Part shown: piece after piece, positions 25,929 through 35,192 of the stretch
Numbering within the stretch: the stretch's first letter is position 1
Layout: every line of letters begins with the position of its first letter
Source of the DNA: Candidatus Latescibacterota bacterium
GTDB taxonomy: Bacteria > Latescibacterota > UBA2968 > GCA-2709665
Assembly: GCA_965198095.1 (NCBI GenBank)
Contig: OZ240239.1
Location: forward strand, 118,641 to 182,640
Length of the DNA: 64,000 nt
Direction of reading: 5' to 3'
Notes under the pieces: generated by a model
Told to the model about the DNA's origin: nothing
Seen by the model: the letters and a program-made list of their open reading frames with translations, nothing else
Databases searched by the model: none
Translations under genes and position numbers: made by a program

Positions 25929-28280
25929 CTACCTGTGGATGACCAGGTAACCGCTCTGCGTCTTCCCGCGGTTTGAGGGAAGCAGGCTCTCCACCACCCA
26001 GTAGTAGACCCCCGTCATCAGCTCGCTGGTGAGTGTAGCGTTCTTCAGCGTGAATTTGGCCTCGCCGGAGGTGCTATTTCTGTGGTAGAGCGTCGAGACC
26101 AGGTCGCCGCCCACGCTGAAGATCGAGATCTTGGCCTGGGTGGGAACGCCCACGAACCGCATCTTGAGCGCCCCGGCGTAGCTCTGGTCGTCCGCCCGGA
26201 TGTTCAGCGGGTTGGGGACCACGCGGATCTGAGTCTCCAGCGCGTCGGCGGCCGCCGTCGGAGGCTGGCTCGGCACAAAATCTTTCAGCGTCCTCTGCTC
26301 GGGTGCCGAATAGCCGCCCTCCATCCCGCCGGTCACGTGAGACGACATCTGCGCGGGCAGATCCGCAAGGGTCTTTGACCCCTCGCTCCAGTCCGACTTC
26401 GCAGAGGCCACGGCCCGCACGTTGTAGAAGTTGGCGAACCCGGCCAGGGACTCCGAATCCGTCCAGGCGTAGGAGGTGCCCGCCCCGGTGGCCGCGACCT
26501 CCTCCTTCAGGATCCAGGGTCCATATTCCGCATAGACCGACTGGTAGACCCGGTAGGCCGTCACGTCGGTCGTCCCGTAGTCAGGATTGATCGCGCTTTC
26601 AGGCGCGCCGGTCCATTCGACCAGGTTTTGAGCCGAATCGCTGTTCTTCACCGTGAAATCGACATCGGGCGGTGTGTTGGGGATCTGCCACTCGTTCGAG
26701 TAGGCGAACAGCGCGTGGCTGATGTTCGTCCACAGCCCTTCGTGGCCCTTGGCCAGCTCGGCATTGCGGAACGCGTCGTCCGTCCCCTTCGACCCGACCG
26801 TGTTCATCGCCCAGCCTGTCGGGTCTATAGGATATCCCGTCTGGGAGTTGATCGTGACGTGGGAGCCGGTGCCCACCACATTCGCCATCACCAGCTTCAC
26901 CTGGTCCCCCGGGTCCATCGTGTAGGGCCCATACAGCAGGTCGACGAAGCCCAGCTCCACTTGCGAAGGCGGCGCGTGGGAAGCCGCCGTCCAGGCGTCG
27001 TAGCGGTCGGCGTTTGAGACCGGGCCTAATCCATCCGCCGGGTCCACGACATCGTTCCCGGACTCTTGCTTCCAGAAGTGCCAGAGCGGCTCTCCCGCGG
27101 GCTCCACATACCCCGCGGCCGCGTCCGCCGCGTTCCAGGCCCCGGTGCCGCTGCTCCTCCAGGCCAGGGCGCCGTACCCGACGTAGTCCGGAGAAAGCGG
27201 CATGCCGTTCGGCCGTAGGCTCGCGTTCAGCCAGCTCGGGTCGACGCAGGCAGCAAGGATGCAGACCTCCGCAATGAACGGGTCGCCCGTGTCGTCGTCA
27301 GGCGTCAACGGGAGGTCCCCGTCCCACTGCACGTGCCAGTTCCGCCCGACAAGATTGGCGTTGCCTTTGAACCCGGCGGCCTCGGAGTAGTCGATCCACT
27401 CGTCCGAATCATCGTCTCTGAAATAGTGCCGGCCGCCGTGGTAGCCGAAGCGGGAGGTGTTGCCGGTCTGGTTGATGTTGAAGCCGTTGATTCCCCCGAA
27501 GTAGGCCCCCGTGATCTGCGAGTCGGAGGTGTTCGTCCAGACCAGCTCGTGGACGAGCATGTCGTCCAGGTCCTGGTTGCTCCAGGCCAGCACTCTCCGC
27601 TTGGCCGTGAGCACGTTGGACCCGCCGTGCTCGTTCGACTCCCACTCCGAGATCATGATCGTCTCGGCCGTATTCTGCAAAGGCGAGTAGATCCCGTAGT
27701 CGTAGTTGTGGATCTCATACGGGTGCTGGGTCGTCGGATCGCCGGATAGCGGCACCGCCCCCGGCCACCAGTTGGACGTGCTCTCTCCGGGTTTCTTAGC
27801 ATCGGATTTACTCGACTTCGTGTTGATGCCCCAGGTCGCCTCGGGGCTGTTCTCGATATCGTAGGTGTGGGGGAGGACCTCCGGGGTGGTCTGCCGCGGC
27901 CCCGTAAAGGAGGCATACTTTTCGCCCCCCACCTGTGTCAGCGAGATCAGGCCCTCGCTCACAGAAAACATCGTGCCCTCGTAGGCCCCGCAGTGCCCCG
28001 TTGGCTTGACACTCCAGTACCAGTCCACCTGAGGGGCCGCGCACGAGCTCGCCGGGGTGCCCGGGAAGCTCAGCATCCACATCCCCCGGTTGCCCTTCCC
28101 TGGGAAGGCCGAGCTGGTGACGCCGTTGTTCGCGAACCCGTTCCAGACGTTTGCCCGGTCCAGGTTGCGCCTCGAGGTCATCATGTTGATCTGGGCGGAG
28201 GCGCTGAACGTGTCTGCGGCAAGCAACGCAGCCGCAGCCAAGCCGAGCACCGCCCATCTCTTCAACTGATTACCGAACAT
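25929..28280 (-). CDS. Secreted protein with an FN3-like domain and a T9SS-type C-terminal sorting domain; function unknown
   Basis: Trimmed to MFGNQLKRWAVLGLAAAALLAADTFSASAQ, a signal peptide with AAGGAG 9 nt upstream. FN3-like PPDVDFTVKNS...VEWTG...YRVYQS. C-terminus VVPNPLN...ISIFSVGGDLV...GVYYWVVE...GYLVIHR. Confidence 0.75.
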   Translation of the reverse strand: MFGNQLKRWAVLGLAAAALLAADTFSASAQINMMTSRRNLDRANVWNGFANNGVTSSAFPGKGNRGMWMLSFPGTPASSCAAPQVDWYWSVKPTGHCGAYEGTMFSVSEGLISLTQVGGEKYASFTGPRQTTPEVLPHTYDIENSPEATWGINTKSSKSDAKKPGESTSNWWPGAVPLSGDPTTQHPYEIHNYDYGIYSPLQNTAETIMISEWESNEHGGSNVLTAKRRVLAWSNQDLDDMLVHELVWTNTSDSQITGAYFGGINGFNINQTGNTSRFGYHGGRHYFRDDDSDEWIDYSEAAGFKGNANLVGRNWHVQWDGDLPLTPDDDTGDPFIAEVCILAACVDPSWLNASLRPNGMPLSPDYVGYGALAWRSSGTGAWNAADAAAGYVEPAGEPLWHFWKQESGNDVVDPADGLGPVSNADRYDAWTAASHAPPSQVELGFVDLLYGPYTMDPGDQVKLVMANVVGTGSHVTINSQTGYPIDPTGWAMNTVGSKGTDDAFRNAELAKGHEGLWTNISHALFAYSNEWQIPNTPPDVDFTVKNSDSAQNLVEWTGAPESAINPDYGTTDVTAYRVYQSVYAEYGPWILKEEVAATGAGTSYAWTDSESLAGFANFYNVRAVASAKSDWSEGSKTLADLPAQMSSHVTGGMEGGYSAPEQRTLKDFVPSQPPTAAADALETQIRVVPNPLNIRADDQSYAGALKMRFVGVPTQAKISIFSVGGDLVSTLYHRNSTSGEAKFTLKNATLTSELMTGVYYWVVESLLPSNRGKTQSGYLVIHR

Positions 28281-28314
28281 GGGTAAGACTCCTTCTGTGT
28301 GAATGCGCTGCCAT

Positions 28315-31300
28315 TTAGAACGACAGGCGTGCACCGAGGACGAACAGGCGCGGCTGTTCCCCTACGCCACCGCCGGTAGGCGCGCCGTAGGACTCTGCCT
28401 GCCCGAGTGAATACCGGGTCATGTCGCGGTAGTCCCCGTACTTCAGGAAGTTCGCGTCGTCGGGCTCAAACGCCGACAGCCCGTAGAGGACGTAGTTGGA
28501 CGTCGTCGGCAGCTCGTCCTTCTGGTTGAACAGGTTCCGGATCTCGACGAAGGCCGTGGCCGTCCCGGACTGGCCGAAGCTGAAGTCCTTCTCCACGTTC
28601 AGGTCGGTCACCGTGTTGATCGGCGAGTTGCGAAGCTGCGTCGGTGCGTCAGGCGGCGTGTAATTATAGGGCGTGCCGCCCTGGACCCGGTAGAGCATCG
28701 TCACACGGCTCCCGGCCAGGGCCTTCATTTTGTAATCGGCCGGGGCCGAGAACAGGAACTGAAGCGCCGCGTAGTTGCGCCGGTCGATCCCGTTCGTCGG
28801 CTTCGGGAGCCGGTAGACATTCCGGTGGCTCGCAAACGTCTGGTCATACCCCTCGACCCGCAACGGCTGCAGCACGTAGCCCTGGGGCCCGTTGTCCGCG
28901 CCCACACCGGCGAGGTGTGCGTCGTAATTCGCCTGTGCGCGAGCCTTGTAGTCGGCCCGTTCCGCGGCCGTCGGGACCCTGGGCGTCTCCGTTCCGTCGG
29001 AATTCGAGTCTACGCCCAGGAAAAAGTCCGGGCCATCCACGAAGGACGGGTCGTGGAAGAAGACCACCGTCCACGTCCCCTGACCCGCCTTCAGCCACTG
29101 CGTGTTCCAGGACAGGTTGAACGAGGTCATCTGGCTGAACATCTTCTTGAATGAGAGCTCGAACCCGCGGGAGGTCTTCACCGTCGAGATGTTGCCCGAC
29201 CGGAAGGAGTTGTCCTTCGTCACGCCGTCCGGCCACAAGTCGGTGTTGGCCACCCAGTAATACCGCCGCTGCATGATCTGCCCCTCCAGGTCCTTGAAGT
29301 AGGCCGTGGAGCTGAGCACGTAGTCGCCGGCGAAGTTCCAGTCTATCCCGGCTTCGAACGTGACCGTGCGCTGGGGGTCGAGGTCCGTCGTGGCATACCG
29401 CTGGTTGTGCGGCTGCTCGAGCGAGTTGCCGAGTTCCGTCTGGTCGATCTGCCCGTTGTCGTTCACATCGGTGTCCACGGTGCGCGACCTGAACCCGCGG
29501 TCGTAGAGGAACTGCTTGGAGGGCATCTCGTGAAGCACGCCGCTGTAGAACCGGATCGTGGAGCGCTCCGTAATCGGGTGCGAGATGCCGAGCCGCGGGC
29601 TCACGTTCGTGATCCAGTCGGTCGACCGGAACGGCACGTTCTCGAAGCGCCGCATCCGCCACCAGTGCCACCACTGCTGGCCGTCCTGCACCCAGATGTC
29701 GCCCGCGTGCAGGGCGTCCGCCCGGAGGCCCGCGTTGATCACCAGGCCCTCGAACTCCATCTTGGTCTGGACGTAGCCCCCGACCTGCTTCGGGTTGAAG
29801 GACTCCCAGCCATCGTATATGTTGCCCTTGCCGGCCATGCGGATCCGCCGCTCATTCCCACCCGGCCTCAGGTCGTGATATTCAAACGCCAGCAGGTCAT
29901 AACGGTAGGCCTCCAGCCCGGCCTTAGCCAGGATCTGCTTGGCCACCTGGCTCGTCACGTCCGCCTTTAACGAGATGCGTTTGCGATCGTGATCCATAAG
30001 CGCATAGACACTGTATTGCTGGGTAAACCCGTAGTCATCCCTCGATTTGGACTCCGACGAGCCCTCCGCAGCGGCAACGTCGGTAGTGGTCCTCGAATTC
30101 TGCCAGGAGACCCGGATGTCGTAGAAGGTCGTCGGCGAGATCGTATGCGTGGCGGTCAAATAGGCGGCACTCTCCTTGAAGGTATGCACGCCGTGGGAAG
30201 CAAACCCCTCCGGCAGGAACATGGCGGAGGCATCCGTGGCGTTTGTCCCCCCCCCAAAATAAAAACGTTTACCAATGAAGGGACCCCGACGGAAATAGCC
30301 CAACTGGTCCCCATCATACTGGTCGCGGGTGGAATGAATACCGCCCACCTTGAACTTCATTGTGCCGCCCGAGCGGAAGGTGAAGCTCCCCATCCCCGAG
30401 AAGTTGCCCGGCGGACCCATGTTGGCGTTGGGGGTGACGGGCGCCGTCCGGTCGGTCTTGGCATTCACGAAGAACCCGGCGTTGTCAGACAGCGGGCCGT
30501 GAACCGAACCTTCGATCCAGTGACCTGTCTTTTCGTCGTAGTCGGTCCGGCTGTGGGACGATGTAAAGTCCGAATCGGACCAGGGGTTGGCCAGCCCGAT
30601 GTAACGCTTGAGCCAGCCGCTGTCGTAGATGTTGGGCCCGAAGTGCTTCACCCCCGGCGGCTCAAACCGGTACTCCAGCTGGCCACCGAATCGGGATCCG
30701 GACTCCCTGGTGACCATGCTGATCACGCCGCCAGAGGCGCCGCCATACTCGGCGTCCATCCCGCCTACGGTCACCACCACCTCCTGCAGTGCGCCCTTGT
30801 TCAGCGGGATCCACTGCTCGTAGTCGAGGTAGGTGTCGTCGTTGAGCATCTTGACGCCGTCCACCTCGTAATACTGCTGAGGCGCGGAGTTGGTCTCTGC
30901 GGTGTCGCTGCCCCGGAGGCGCACGTTGCCGTCCACCGACACCCCGGGCTGCAGCTCGAGCAGGTCATCGGTGTCCCGCGCCAGCGGCACGCTCTGAATG
31001 TCGAAGATGTCGACGACGTAACGGCTCGTCGTCTTGTCGGGTTCCACCGGAGGACGCCGTGCCGTCACCACCATCTCGGCGGCCTCCAGCGTAGCTTCCG
31101 TCATCGTGAAATTCAGTCTGGTCGTGAAGTCCGACTGCACCGACACTTCCTCCTGAGTCGAGGTGACATACCCCACCATCGACGCCGTTACCCGAACGAG
31201 GCCGGGGTCTACCGCAAGGATCAGGTAGTAACCCTCGGCATCGGTCGTGGCGCCGCGCCGGGTGCCCTCGATCACGACGTTGGCCCCCGGAAGCGGATTG

Positions 31301-31422
31301 CCGTCCGCGTCGGCGACCACGCCCTGGACCTTCCCGTACGTGCTGGCCATCACGCTGTCCGGACTGAACACCACCAGCAGCCCGGTCAACAGAAAGCAGA
31401 CGAAACTGAGTAGATATCTCAT
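28315..31422 (-). CDS. TonB-dependent-receptor-like outer-membrane barrel with an N-terminal carboxypeptidase-regulatory-like domain
   Basis: 1035 aa. Signal peptide. GKVQGVVADADGNPLPGANVVIEGT..GATTDAEGYY (CarboxypepD_reg). Plug-like LLELQPGVSV...RLRGS...EVDGV. Terminal ...GARLSF. AGGAGGAG lies 5 nt upstream of the ATG. Confidence 0.8.
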   Translation of the reverse strand: MRYLLSFVCFLLTGLLVVFSPDSVMASTYGKVQGVVADADGNPLPGANVVIEGTRRGATTDAEGYYLILAVDPGLVRVTASMVGYVTSTQEEVSVQSDFTTRLNFTMTEATLEAAEMVVTARRPPVEPDKTTSRYVVDIFDIQSVPLARDTDDLLELQPGVSVDGNVRLRGSDTAETNSAPQQYYEVDGVKMLNDDTYLDYEQWIPLNKGALQEVVVTVGGMDAEYGGASGGVISMVTRESGSRFGGQLEYRFEPPGVKHFGPNIYDSGWLKRYIGLANPWSDSDFTSSHSRTDYDEKTGHWIEGSVHGPLSDNAGFFVNAKTDRTAPVTPNANMGPPGNFSGMGSFTFRSGGTMKFKVGGIHSTRDQYDGDQLGYFRRGPFIGKRFYFGGGTNATDASAMFLPEGFASHGVHTFKESAAYLTATHTISPTTFYDIRVSWQNSRTTTDVAAAEGSSESKSRDDYGFTQQYSVYALMDHDRKRISLKADVTSQVAKQILAKAGLEAYRYDLLAFEYHDLRPGGNERRIRMAGKGNIYDGWESFNPKQVGGYVQTKMEFEGLVINAGLRADALHAGDIWVQDGQQWWHWWRMRRFENVPFRSTDWITNVSPRLGISHPITERSTIRFYSGVLHEMPSKQFLYDRGFRSRTVDTDVNDNGQIDQTELGNSLEQPHNQRYATTDLDPQRTVTFEAGIDWNFAGDYVLSSTAYFKDLEGQIMQRRYYWVANTDLWPDGVTKDNSFRSGNISTVKTSRGFELSFKKMFSQMTSFNLSWNTQWLKAGQGTWTVVFFHDPSFVDGPDFFLGVDSNSDGTETPRVPTAAERADYKARAQANYDAHLAGVGADNGPQGYVLQPLRVEGYDQTFASHRNVYRLPKPTNGIDRRNYAALQFLFSAPADYKMKALAGSRVTMLYRVQGGTPYNYTPPDAPTQLRNSPINTVTDLNVEKDFSFGQSGTATAFVEIRNLFNQKDELPTTSNYVLYGLSAFEPDDANFLKYGDYRDMTRYSLGQAESYGAPTGGGVGEQPRLFVLGARLSF

Positions 31423-31980
31423 CTATTCTCCTCCTAATGCTATCTCGCGAGAAAACTGCGCGGCAGTTGCGACATGGCCTCGTCGATTTGATGATGGCCT
31501 AACGCCGAAGCAATTTGCAACAACGGTGTTGCCGTGCTTACCGTAGAAACGTTAAACGCCATTCAGACAAGGCACCACCTCCTTGAACCTGAAGCGATAA
31601 CAAAAACTGTGAAATACACCCGCGGATTTAGAACTAGATAAACTACGCAGTATACGCTCGGCGTGTCAAGAAAATTCTCAGCTTCAAAAACAGACAGGTT
31701 GGGTAGCCTATTTTTCACGAACGACGCGTTGACTCTTCTCCGGCCCCGACGCGCGGGATGATTGAATTCCCGCGCTCAGAGAAACGGACCGTCTTCCTGC
31801 GTCGGACGCGCGTCTATGAACCTATCCGATGCAACATCAAAGGCCAACACATCGACTCTGTCTTTCCGGTTGTCGTTGTCACAGGCGAGGCTTTTCTGAA
31901 GGCGCGCCAACTCACGTTGCAAACTTCGTGACATGAAACAAGCCGCCCGGAGCAGGATGCGCGGCGTGACATCCGATCTC

Positions 31981-33258
31981 TCACCAGGTGCCGGCTCTGC
32001 CCGCTTCAGAAGGGCCCCTATAGACGGGCTCGAACGTGTCGTCGTCGTCCGCGCCGAACCCCGTGGGCGGATGCACGACGCGCGACGCGCGTTGCAGGAC
32101 ATAGACCACCTTGAGGCTTGAATTCCGAATCACAACCCAGGCAAGCTGGGCGTCATCCCGGGGTCTCAAGGCCACGCCGCGATTGGGGATGGCTCCGGTC
32201 GTCCATCCGTTCACGAGGGCACGATCCAGGGGGAGGCCCACAGTGCCGGTTTGGTCGATGGACGTAAACCGGCTGCTGTCGTAGGTCGTGTAGTGCAACC
32301 GCCCGGATTCTGCACTTGCATCTACGCGGTCGATCTGAAAGGGAAAGACATCGAAAAAGGAAAGGTCCGGATCGACCTCGACCTCCAGCTCAGCGGAATA
32401 GACGGTCCGCCGGGTCAGGTTCGGGACGTCGAATCGGAGGAGCGACCCATACCGGATGCCGGAGGCCACCATCAGCTGATCGGTCTCCGGACGGTCGTCC
32501 GTGCGCGCTCCCCAGTAGGTGTCGTCAACCGCACCGGTCTCAAATCGGTGTGCCTCTCCGCCAAGGGTAAACAGGAACTCGAGCTTGGGGCGCCGCCCCT
32601 CTGTTCCCGGCCTCGAGGCATCCCCCGACGTGAGCACGGTGAGAAACTCCGATCCGGCCGCCGGATGCAGCATCACCTCCAGAAACGGCGCGGCGGCGTC
32701 GGCATCCAGCGCGTCGTCCAGAATCAGTCCGGGAAGGTCGACCGTCAGGCGGCCGGCGCCATCGTCCGTGACAGTGGCGCCGGGTAACGCCGAAGCCGGA
32801 AGGTCGACGTGTGCGGCAGGATCCCGTCTGCTCACGAACGTGCTCGTTTCATCCCAAACCCCCTCCGGGCGGCTGATTTGCAGGTCCGGGATGCCGCGAC
32901 CGCCACCATCCGCGTGCGTCCGGAGATGCATCCGGAGCGATATCATGACAAGGTCGCGAGCGCTGTTGCCGCCCGCCGCGCGAGCCATGGAATCGGCAGG
33001 CATCCGGAAGCGAAGCAAAGACCTCAACACGATCCCGTTCATCCGCCCAACCCGCAACTCGTCAGACTTCCCGTGGACGAGTGGCACGATGCCCTCGAAC
33101 GTCGACTTACCCTCCGAAAGGGCGAGTGGATCCAGTTCTGTCAGGAGCGGCTCGGACGAGACCTCCGACAGCCTTACGACGTCGCCGGACTTCCCGCAAG
33201 AGACGATGGATGCGAACGCCAGAAGAGGCAGTGCGAGGAGGGATTTTGAGAAGGTCAT
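31981..33258 (-). CDS. Lipoprotein of unknown function with two ..SLLRF(R/D)(M/V)P.. beta-sandwich-like repeats
   Basis: Trimmed to MTFSKSLLALPLLAFASIVSCGK, a lipobox with Cys. The last ~10 codons lie inside the duplicated 3' module, so the true stop is uncertain. Confidence 0.65.
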   Translation of the reverse strand: MTFSKSLLALPLLAFASIVSCGKSGDVVRLSEVSSEPLLTELDPLALSEGKSTFEGIVPLVHGKSDELRVGRMNGIVLRSLLRFRMPADSMARAAGGNSARDLVMISLRMHLRTHADGGGRGIPDLQISRPEGVWDETSTFVSRRDPAAHVDLPASALPGATVTDDGAGRLTVDLPGLILDDALDADAAAPFLEVMLHPAAGSEFLTVLTSGDASRPGTEGRRPKLEFLFTLGGEAHRFETGAVDDTYWGARTDDRPETDQLMVASGIRYGSLLRFDVPNLTRRTVYSAELEVEVDPDLSFFDVFPFQIDRVDASAESGRLHYTTYDSSRFTSIDQTGTVGLPLDRALVNGWTTGAIPNRGVALRPRDDAQLAWVVIRNSSLKVVYVLQRASRVVHPPTGFGADDDDTFEPVYRGPSEAGRAGTW

Positions 33259-33403
33259 GGGTCTTCCGGTGCTGCCGCGTCTTCCGTGAACCTTGAATTC
33301 CCTTCGTAAAGCTACGGAAAAGTGGGAAAAAGTAAAGCCTTCCAGGGGTGGTTCTCCAAACGGAATCGGCATTGGGATGGCATACACACACGTCGTCATC
33401 CGC

Positions 33404-34238
33404 GGCTTCGCCAACAGAGTTGGCGATTGGATTGGCGCACCCTAAGTCGCCGTCTGTGGCTTCGCCAACAGAGTTGGCCATAGGATTGGCACATCTTAAA
33501 TCGCAATCTGTGGCTTCGCCAACAGAGTTGGCGATTGGATTCGTGCACCCTAAATCGCAATCTGTGGCTTCGCCAACAGAGTTGGCTCCTACCGGATTTG
33601 GGACGTTATGACATCGGTGAATCCAATAGGCCCAATAATCCGGTAGGAGCCGTCTCCCGACGGCGAACCATCTGATCGCAGTGTGGTGCCTCTGCTGAAC
33701 CTATGGGTGGCGATTGGATTCGTGCACCCTACGTCGCCGTCTGTGGCTTCGCCAACAGAGTTGGCTCCTACCGGATTCGGGACGTTTTGATATCGGTGAA
33801 TTCAATTCACCGGAAAATACGGTAGGAGCCGTCTCCCGACGGCGAACCATCTGATCGCGGTGTGGTGCCTCTGCTGAACCTATGGGTGGCGATTGGATTG
33901 GCGCACCCTAAGTCGCCGTCCATGGCTTCGCCAACAGAGTTGGCAATTGGATTGGCGCACCCTAAGTCGCCGTCCATGGCTTCGCCAACAGAGTTGGCTC
34001 CTACCGGATTCGGGACGTTTTGATATCGGTGAATTCAATTCACCGGAAAATACGGTAGGAGCCGTCTCCCGACGGCGAACCATCTGATCGCGGTGTGCGC
34101 CTCTGCTGAACCTATGGGTGGCCATAGGATTGGCGCACCCTAAATCGCAATCTGTGGCTTCGCCAACAGAGTTGGCCATGGGATTGGCGCACCCTAAATC
34201 GCAATCTGTGGCTTCGCCAACAGAGTTGGCTCCTACCG
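33404..34238. repeat. Hierarchical repeat array: 9 copies of a 54-nt sub-repeat interleaved with 3.5 REPINs (stems GCCAAC/GTTGGC and GCCGTC/GACGGC)
   Basis: TTCGCCAACAGAGTTGGC occurs at 33407, 33461, 33515, 33569, 33748, 33927, 33981, 34159 and 34213. Full 100-nt REPINs are at 33569-33668, 33748-33847 and 33981-34080. A half REPIN is at 34213-34238. Confidence 0.9.
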
Positions 34239-34341
34239 GATTTGTGGCGTTATGACATTGGCGCTACGGAGCGCAAAATACGTGCCGCCAGCAGCTCGGC
34301 TGCCCGCGGCGTTGCGCGCTTCTTCGTGTCACTCCGCGATA

Positions 34342-34380
34342 CGAAAAACAAGCCGCCCGGAGCGCCTGCTCCGGGCGGCT
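34342..34380 (-). terminator. Rho-independent terminator after the SDR gene
   Basis: 13-bp stem AGCCGCCCGGAGC / GCTCCGGGCGGCT with loop GCCT, followed on the minus strand by TGTTTTTCG. Confidence 0.75.
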
Positions 34381-34418
34381 GCTCATTGCCGCGATATGAT
34401 TTCGCCATTTGGAACCGA

Positions 34419-35192
34419 TCAAACCTGGGTCGTGCCGGCCATGGATCCGCCATCAACCGCGATGGTCTGACCGCTGACGTATCGGGATTCGTCAGAGGCC
34501 AGGTAGACCGCCAACTCGGCGATATCTTCGGGCCGACCGAGCCGCCCCAGGGGGACGGCCGCCGCGTTCACGCTCCGTTTCGCCTCGCCGTCTTCGGTCG
34601 ACGCGTAGTAGCGCGCGAGCATGGGCGTATCGGTCGCGATCGGGCAGATCGCGTTGGCGCGAATGGCCTCCTTCGCGAAGTCGATTGCGAGGGACCGGGT
34701 GAGGGCGGTCACGGCCCCCTTCGAGGCGGCGTACAAGGGCATATCGGGCCGGACCCGCAGCGCGGTGAGCGAGGCGATATTGATGATCGAGCCGCCTCCG
34801 CTCTCGATCATCAGCGGAATAGCCTGTTTGCACACGAGCAGGACCGCCAGGACGTTCAGATTCATCGTGCGATGGAAATCGGCCTCGGCCGTCTCCAGCA
34901 GGGGCTTGAGCTCGCAGATCCCGGCGTTGTTGTCCAGGACGTCCAGTCTTCCATACTCGGACCGAATGGCCGCCACTGACTGCCGCACATCGGCCTCGGA
35001 GGTCACGTCCGCCTCCAAGGCCAAGGCGGTTCCGCCCTGGCTCCGGATCCGGTCCGCGACCTTCGACCCGTTCTGCGCATCGATGTCCACGACCACCACC
35101 TTGGCCCCTTCTCTGGCGAAGGCCAGCGCAGTGGCCTGTCCGATGCCGGCTCCGCCGCCGGTGATCAGCGCAACCTTATTCCGTAAACGCAT
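34419..35192 (-). CDS. Short-chain dehydrogenase/reductase (SDR)
   Basis: [18 protein letters not shown]...NNAG...YAASKGAV, the classical SDR motifs. Start trimmed to the canonical position. Confidence 0.9.
   Translation of the reverse strand: MRLRNKVALITGGGAGIGQATALAFAREGAKVVVVDIDAQNGSKVADRIRSQGGTALALEADVTSEADVRQSVAAIRSEYGRLDVLDNNAGICELKPLLETAEADFHRTMNLNVLAVLLVCKQAIPLMIESGGGSIINIASLTALRVRPDMPLYAASKGAVTALTRSLAIDFAKEAIRANAICPIATDTPMLARYYASTEDGEAKRSVNAAAVPLGRLGRPEDIAELAVYLASDESRYVSGQTIAVDGGSMAGTTQV

Noticed and set aside
31440-31562. A 40-codon upstream ORF ending 17 nt before the receptor start codon, as a leader peptide.
   Set aside because: The only SD-like sequence (AAGGAGG) is 15 nt from the ATG, I have no conservation evidence, and the composition is unremarkable.
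31423-31780. A cobalamin or other known riboswitch upstream of the TonB-dependent-receptor-like gene.
   Set aside because: I could not find a B12-box-like GCCACTG core or any other riboswitch signature by eye. This needs an Infernal scan to settle.
31776-31934. A 52-codon ORF (MSRSLQRELARLQKSLACDNDN...) and its counterpart 24574-24768 as a conserved small protein.
   Set aside because: The two loci are conserved at nucleotide level, but the shared stretch (GAGTCGAT.TGTTGGC.T) falls in different reading frames in the two ORFs. No RBS is present, so conservation is of the DNA or RNA module and not of a peptide.
33107-34179. Track ORFs inside the repeat array (33107-33481, 33348-33611, 33880-34179, 33893-34087) encoding reiterated ..ANSVGEA.. 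or ..LAIGLAHPKS.. peptides.
   Set aside because: They are translations of the REP and 54-nt repeats, readable on both strands. They have no RBS and no non-repeat sequence.
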